59,683 nt of DNA. It comes from Acidimicrobiia bacterium (lineage in GTDB: Bacteria > Actinomycetota > Acidimicrobiia > IMCC26256 > PALSA-555). The notes beneath the pieces are model-generated. The model saw only the letters and a list, made by a program, of their open reading frames with translations. It ran no database searches and was not told the DNA's origin. Each line of letters starts with the position of its first letter. Positions within the stretch are counted from its first letter, which is position 1. Location of the stretch: contig JBCKKA010000003.1 in the NCBI GenBank assembly GCA_038904515.1, forward strand, positions 1 through 59,683, given 5' to 3'. The position numbers and the translations under genes were made by a program. Below, piece after piece: positions 57,540 to 59,683 of the stretch.

Positions 57540-57818
57540 TTAAACCGAAGTTTCTACTCGGCGGCGGCTCAATATGCGCCGTCGTTCTCGCTCGGAACAG
57601 CCACCCCAGACGCCGTGTTCAATTCGATAAGTAAGGGCATACTCAAGACACTCACTCTTTACTGGGCATTCCGCGCAAACTTTACGAGCGCGATCGACAC
57701 CCGAACCATCGTTAGGGAAAAACTGAGTCGAAGCGCCACCTCGACAGCGAGCCCGTTCCATCCAAGCGGGAGTTTTATGGTCGGGGACTACGGGAGTTTC
57801 CGGCTCGCGAGTCTTCAT
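57540..57818 (-). CDS. WhiB-family [4Fe-4S] transcription factor (second copy)
   Basis: The Cys pattern is RCRG...CAECPVKSEC, with GVWGG and ERERRRI. Confidence 0.9.
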   Translation of the reverse strand: MKTREPETPVVPDHKTPAWMERARCRGGASTQFFPNDGSGVDRARKVCAECPVKSECLEYALTYRIEHGVWGGCSERERRRILSRRRVETSV

Positions 57819-57881
57819 GGAGTCGTTGGCCTTTCGGTCGTGTTGCGCGGTCCTCTAAATAAGTAAACGCTCTGACTTGTG

Positions 57882-57960
57882 TTCTGGTTCCCAATTTCTG
57901 GTTCCCAAATTCTGGTTCCTTGATTTCCGGTCCTCAATTCCCGCTCCTCAATTTCCGGAC
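57882..57960. repeat. degenerate tandem array of 5-6 units of 14-15 bp (TTCTGGTTCCCAA-type decaying to TTTCCGGTCCTCAA and TTCCCGCTCCTCAA)
   Basis: Read directly from the sequence. It lies in the divergent whiB/htrA intergenic region. Confidence 0.75.
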
Positions 57961-58079
57961 TGATCTCTCAGGATCGCCTCAGGTTTGCCGGAACCTAAAA
58001 CTCGGGTGTGACGTTTTAACTATCGACGACCTAACCTGATTGTTTCACTCCTCGAGCGAGGCAGTCCTGAACCCATATT

Positions 58080-58123
58080 CCAAAACGATCCCAAAACGAT
58101 CCCAAAACGATCCCAAAACGATC
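58080..58123. repeat. perfect 11-bp tandem repeat CCAAAACGATC x4
   Basis: Read directly from the sequence. It ends 18 nt upstream of the htrA ATG. Confidence 0.9.
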
Positions 58124-58141
58124 TAGGGACGGCTAAAATTC

Positions 58142-59266
58142 ATGACGATTAATCTCAAGGACGACGCGATGACTCAAACCGAAAGCATTAAAAAGGCGAA
58201 TAAGCGACCGCGGTCAGTTTTGGTCGCGGCCATAGTTGGCGCCATAGTGGGCGCGCTGGTAAGTGCGGGAGTAGTAATTAGTTTCCGCAACGATTCAACC
58301 ACCACGGTCGTACGAACTGCTAAGGGAACCGAGGTCATCAGTCGAGCGTCGGATCAGATAACTGGCAGCACCGATGTAGCCGCGATTATTTCTAAGTCTC
58401 AGCCGGCCATTGTGGCGGTAACTACTAAAACCGATTCGGGCGAAGCGGCCGGAACCGGGTTTGTTATTACCGAAGATGGTTACATCGTTACTAATAATCA
58501 TGTTATCGAGGGCGCTAATTTAATCGAAGTCGCTTTCACTAACGGATCGATTAAGGAAGCCAAATTGGTGGGCAAAGATCCTTCAGTGGATCTCGCGGTG
58601 CTTAAAGTCGACGGATCCGGTCTAGCCACCATCGCATTAGGCGATTCTGATTCCGTTCAAGTCGGCGACGATGTCGTAGCTATTGGCAACGCGCTCGCTC
58701 TTGAAGGAGGGCTTAGTGTGACGCGCGGAATCATTTCTGGAACCGACCGAACGGTACCCACTAATACTGGCGCCAATCTGGTGGGAATGCTTCAAACCGA
58801 CGCCGCGATTAACCCCGGCAATTCGGGTGGGCCTCTGCTCGATTCTCAAGCGCGCGTGATCGGTATTAACACCGCTATCGCTAACCCGAGTTCATATCAA
58901 GGTGTTGGTTTTGCTATTCCAATTTCTGCGGCGAAACCGATCATCGAAGACTTACGCTTGGGACGCACGCCGGCATTCCTAGGAGTTTCCACTCAGAGCA
59001 TCACGCCCGCGCTAGCACGCGAGCATTCACTCAACCTCTCATCGGGTGCTTATGTGGCCAAGGTGACTGCGGGCTCGGCGGCTAAGGAGGCAGGTTTAGA
59101 AGTTGGCGATGTAATAACCGAAATTGAAGGGTCGAAAATTAGCGACTCCACCGATGTGCTCACCGCCATTCGAGAGCACCGTCCCGGCGACTCGATTTCG
59201 ATTGTGATTAGCCGTAACGGCGACAAGCAAACACTCCGAGCAACGCTTACCGATCGGCCGAGCTAG
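58142..59266 (+). CDS. htrA: HtrA/DegP-family serine protease with a C-terminal PDZ domain
   Basis: It has an N-terminal TM anchor. The catalytic triad context is TNNHVIEG, DLAVLKV and NPGNSGGPLLD. The PDZ-like region is GAYVAKVTAGSAAKEAGLEVGDVITEIEG. Confidence 0.9.
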   Translation: MTINLKDDAMTQTESIKKANKRPRSVLVAAIVGAIVGALVSAGVVISFRNDSTTTVVRTAKGTEVISRASDQITGSTDVAAIISKSQPAIVAVTTKTDSGEAAGTGFVITEDGYIVTNNHVIEGANLIEVAFTNGSIKEAKLVGKDPSVDLAVLKVDGSGLATIALGDSDSVQVGDDVVAIGNALALEGGLSVTRGIISGTDRTVPTNTGANLVGMLQTDAAINPGNSGGPLLDSQARVIGINTAIANPSSYQGVGFAIPISAAKPIIEDLRLGRTPAFLGVSTQSITPALAREHSLNLSSGAYVAKVTAGSAAKEAGLEVGDVITEIEGSKISDSTDVLTAIREHRPGDSISIVISRNGDKQTLRATLTDRPS

Positions 59267-59317
59267 CAAACCGCCAAGTCTGCCCCCAGCATTCCGAGAC
59301 CTCTTCTCGTAACGGTT

Positions 59318-59668
59318 TCACGGACTATTTGGTTTCAGCCGTTTGCTTCGAAATACTTTCCGAACGAAATTTACAGATTTAAGCACGCCGGGAATGCGTG
59401 CTAACTGCTGTTTCTTCTCGTAGTATTCAGGACGTTTCGTTTTGACTTCTTCGACTTTTAGCTGGTCGTCAATTCTGGTTCTAAAGTCGGCTGCGACTTG
59501 TGCGCTTCCCGCACCCCTTGCGAGAGCGTCGTCAAATTTATCGGTAATATCTGGTACGGCCTCAGGATTGAACATAGCCAGTGCTAGGGCCCAGTGGGCA
59601 AGTGATAAAAATTCAAGGTCAGGAGTTTCTGCGTCGGTGTATCCCCCATGGAGTCGCCACTGCGTCAT
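59318..59668 (-). CDS. hypothetical protein, 116 aa
   Basis: This is an open frame with protein-like composition and a basic C-terminus. I recognise no motif. Confidence 0.35.
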   Translation of the reverse strand: MTQWRLHGGYTDAETPDLEFLSLAHWALALAMFNPEAVPDITDKFDDALARGAGSAQVAADFRTRIDDQLKVEEVKTKRPEYYEKKQQLARIPGVLKSVNFVRKVFRSKRLKPNSP

Positions 59669-59683
59669 TCCAATCGTCGCGGC

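Noticed and set aside
57882-58123. The tandem arrays, considered as possible CRISPR or mini-CRISPR.
   Set aside because: The units are 11-15 bp and contiguous, with no unique spacers. There are no cas genes in the window. These are simple tandem repeats.
1-59683. A search by eye for tRNA, rRNA, transposase, integrase, prophage structural genes and toxin-antitoxin pairs.
   Set aside because: I found nothing convincing. I saw no T-loop GGTTCGAATCC-type sequences in cloverleaf context, no rRNA-like stretches and no DDE or tyrosine-recombinase motifs in any ORF. A tRNAscan, Infernal and ISfinder run would be needed to be definitive.

Overview
This 59.7-kb chromosomal segment comes from a moderate-GC Actinomycetota genome. 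Hand counts of single 60-nt lines give about 50-60 % GC in core genes. The phylum call rests on two WhiB-family genes, a Ddn/DUF385 enzyme and LLM F420-type enzymes, an Rv2466c-like DsbA protein, and a TatA-SigE-anti-sigma-HtrA neighbourhood. Finer taxonomy cannot be placed from sequence alone. Most of the window is housekeeping or central metabolism. This includes a translationally coupled recC-recB-recD operon, xseA-xseB, cbs-metB (reverse transsulfuration), a type-B sdhCAB, an aldehyde dehydrogenase, a P450 and an arylsulfatase. I saw no rRNA, tRNA, CRISPR array, transposase or integrase. Five things stand out. (1) An AT-rich minus-strand gene string at 11.0-14.9 kb lies directly upstream of recC: NYN-like protein, gamma-glutamylcyclotransferase, FGase/PGA-hydrolase-like protein, an unknown 161-aa protein and a NERD-SF1 helicase. 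It looks horizontally acquired and defence-like, and it is my best candidate for an undescribed system. (2) A roughly 70 % GC SAM-methyltransferase gene is inserted between a hemolysin-III gene and a CoA-transferase gene. It is bracketed by a 75-nt imperfect direct repeat that duplicates the hemolysin-III 5-prime end. (3) A tightly coupled sulfotransferase, GT4 glycosyltransferase and large polytopic exo-domain protein form an operon at 44.4-48.6 kb. (4) A ChlI-like AAA+ gene and a VWA gene are split by an antisense lipoprotein gene. (5) The window holds an unusual density of short (11-15 bp) tandem repeats in intergenic regions and, in frame, inside recD. All functional calls come from motif recognition by eye. 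No database search was run.
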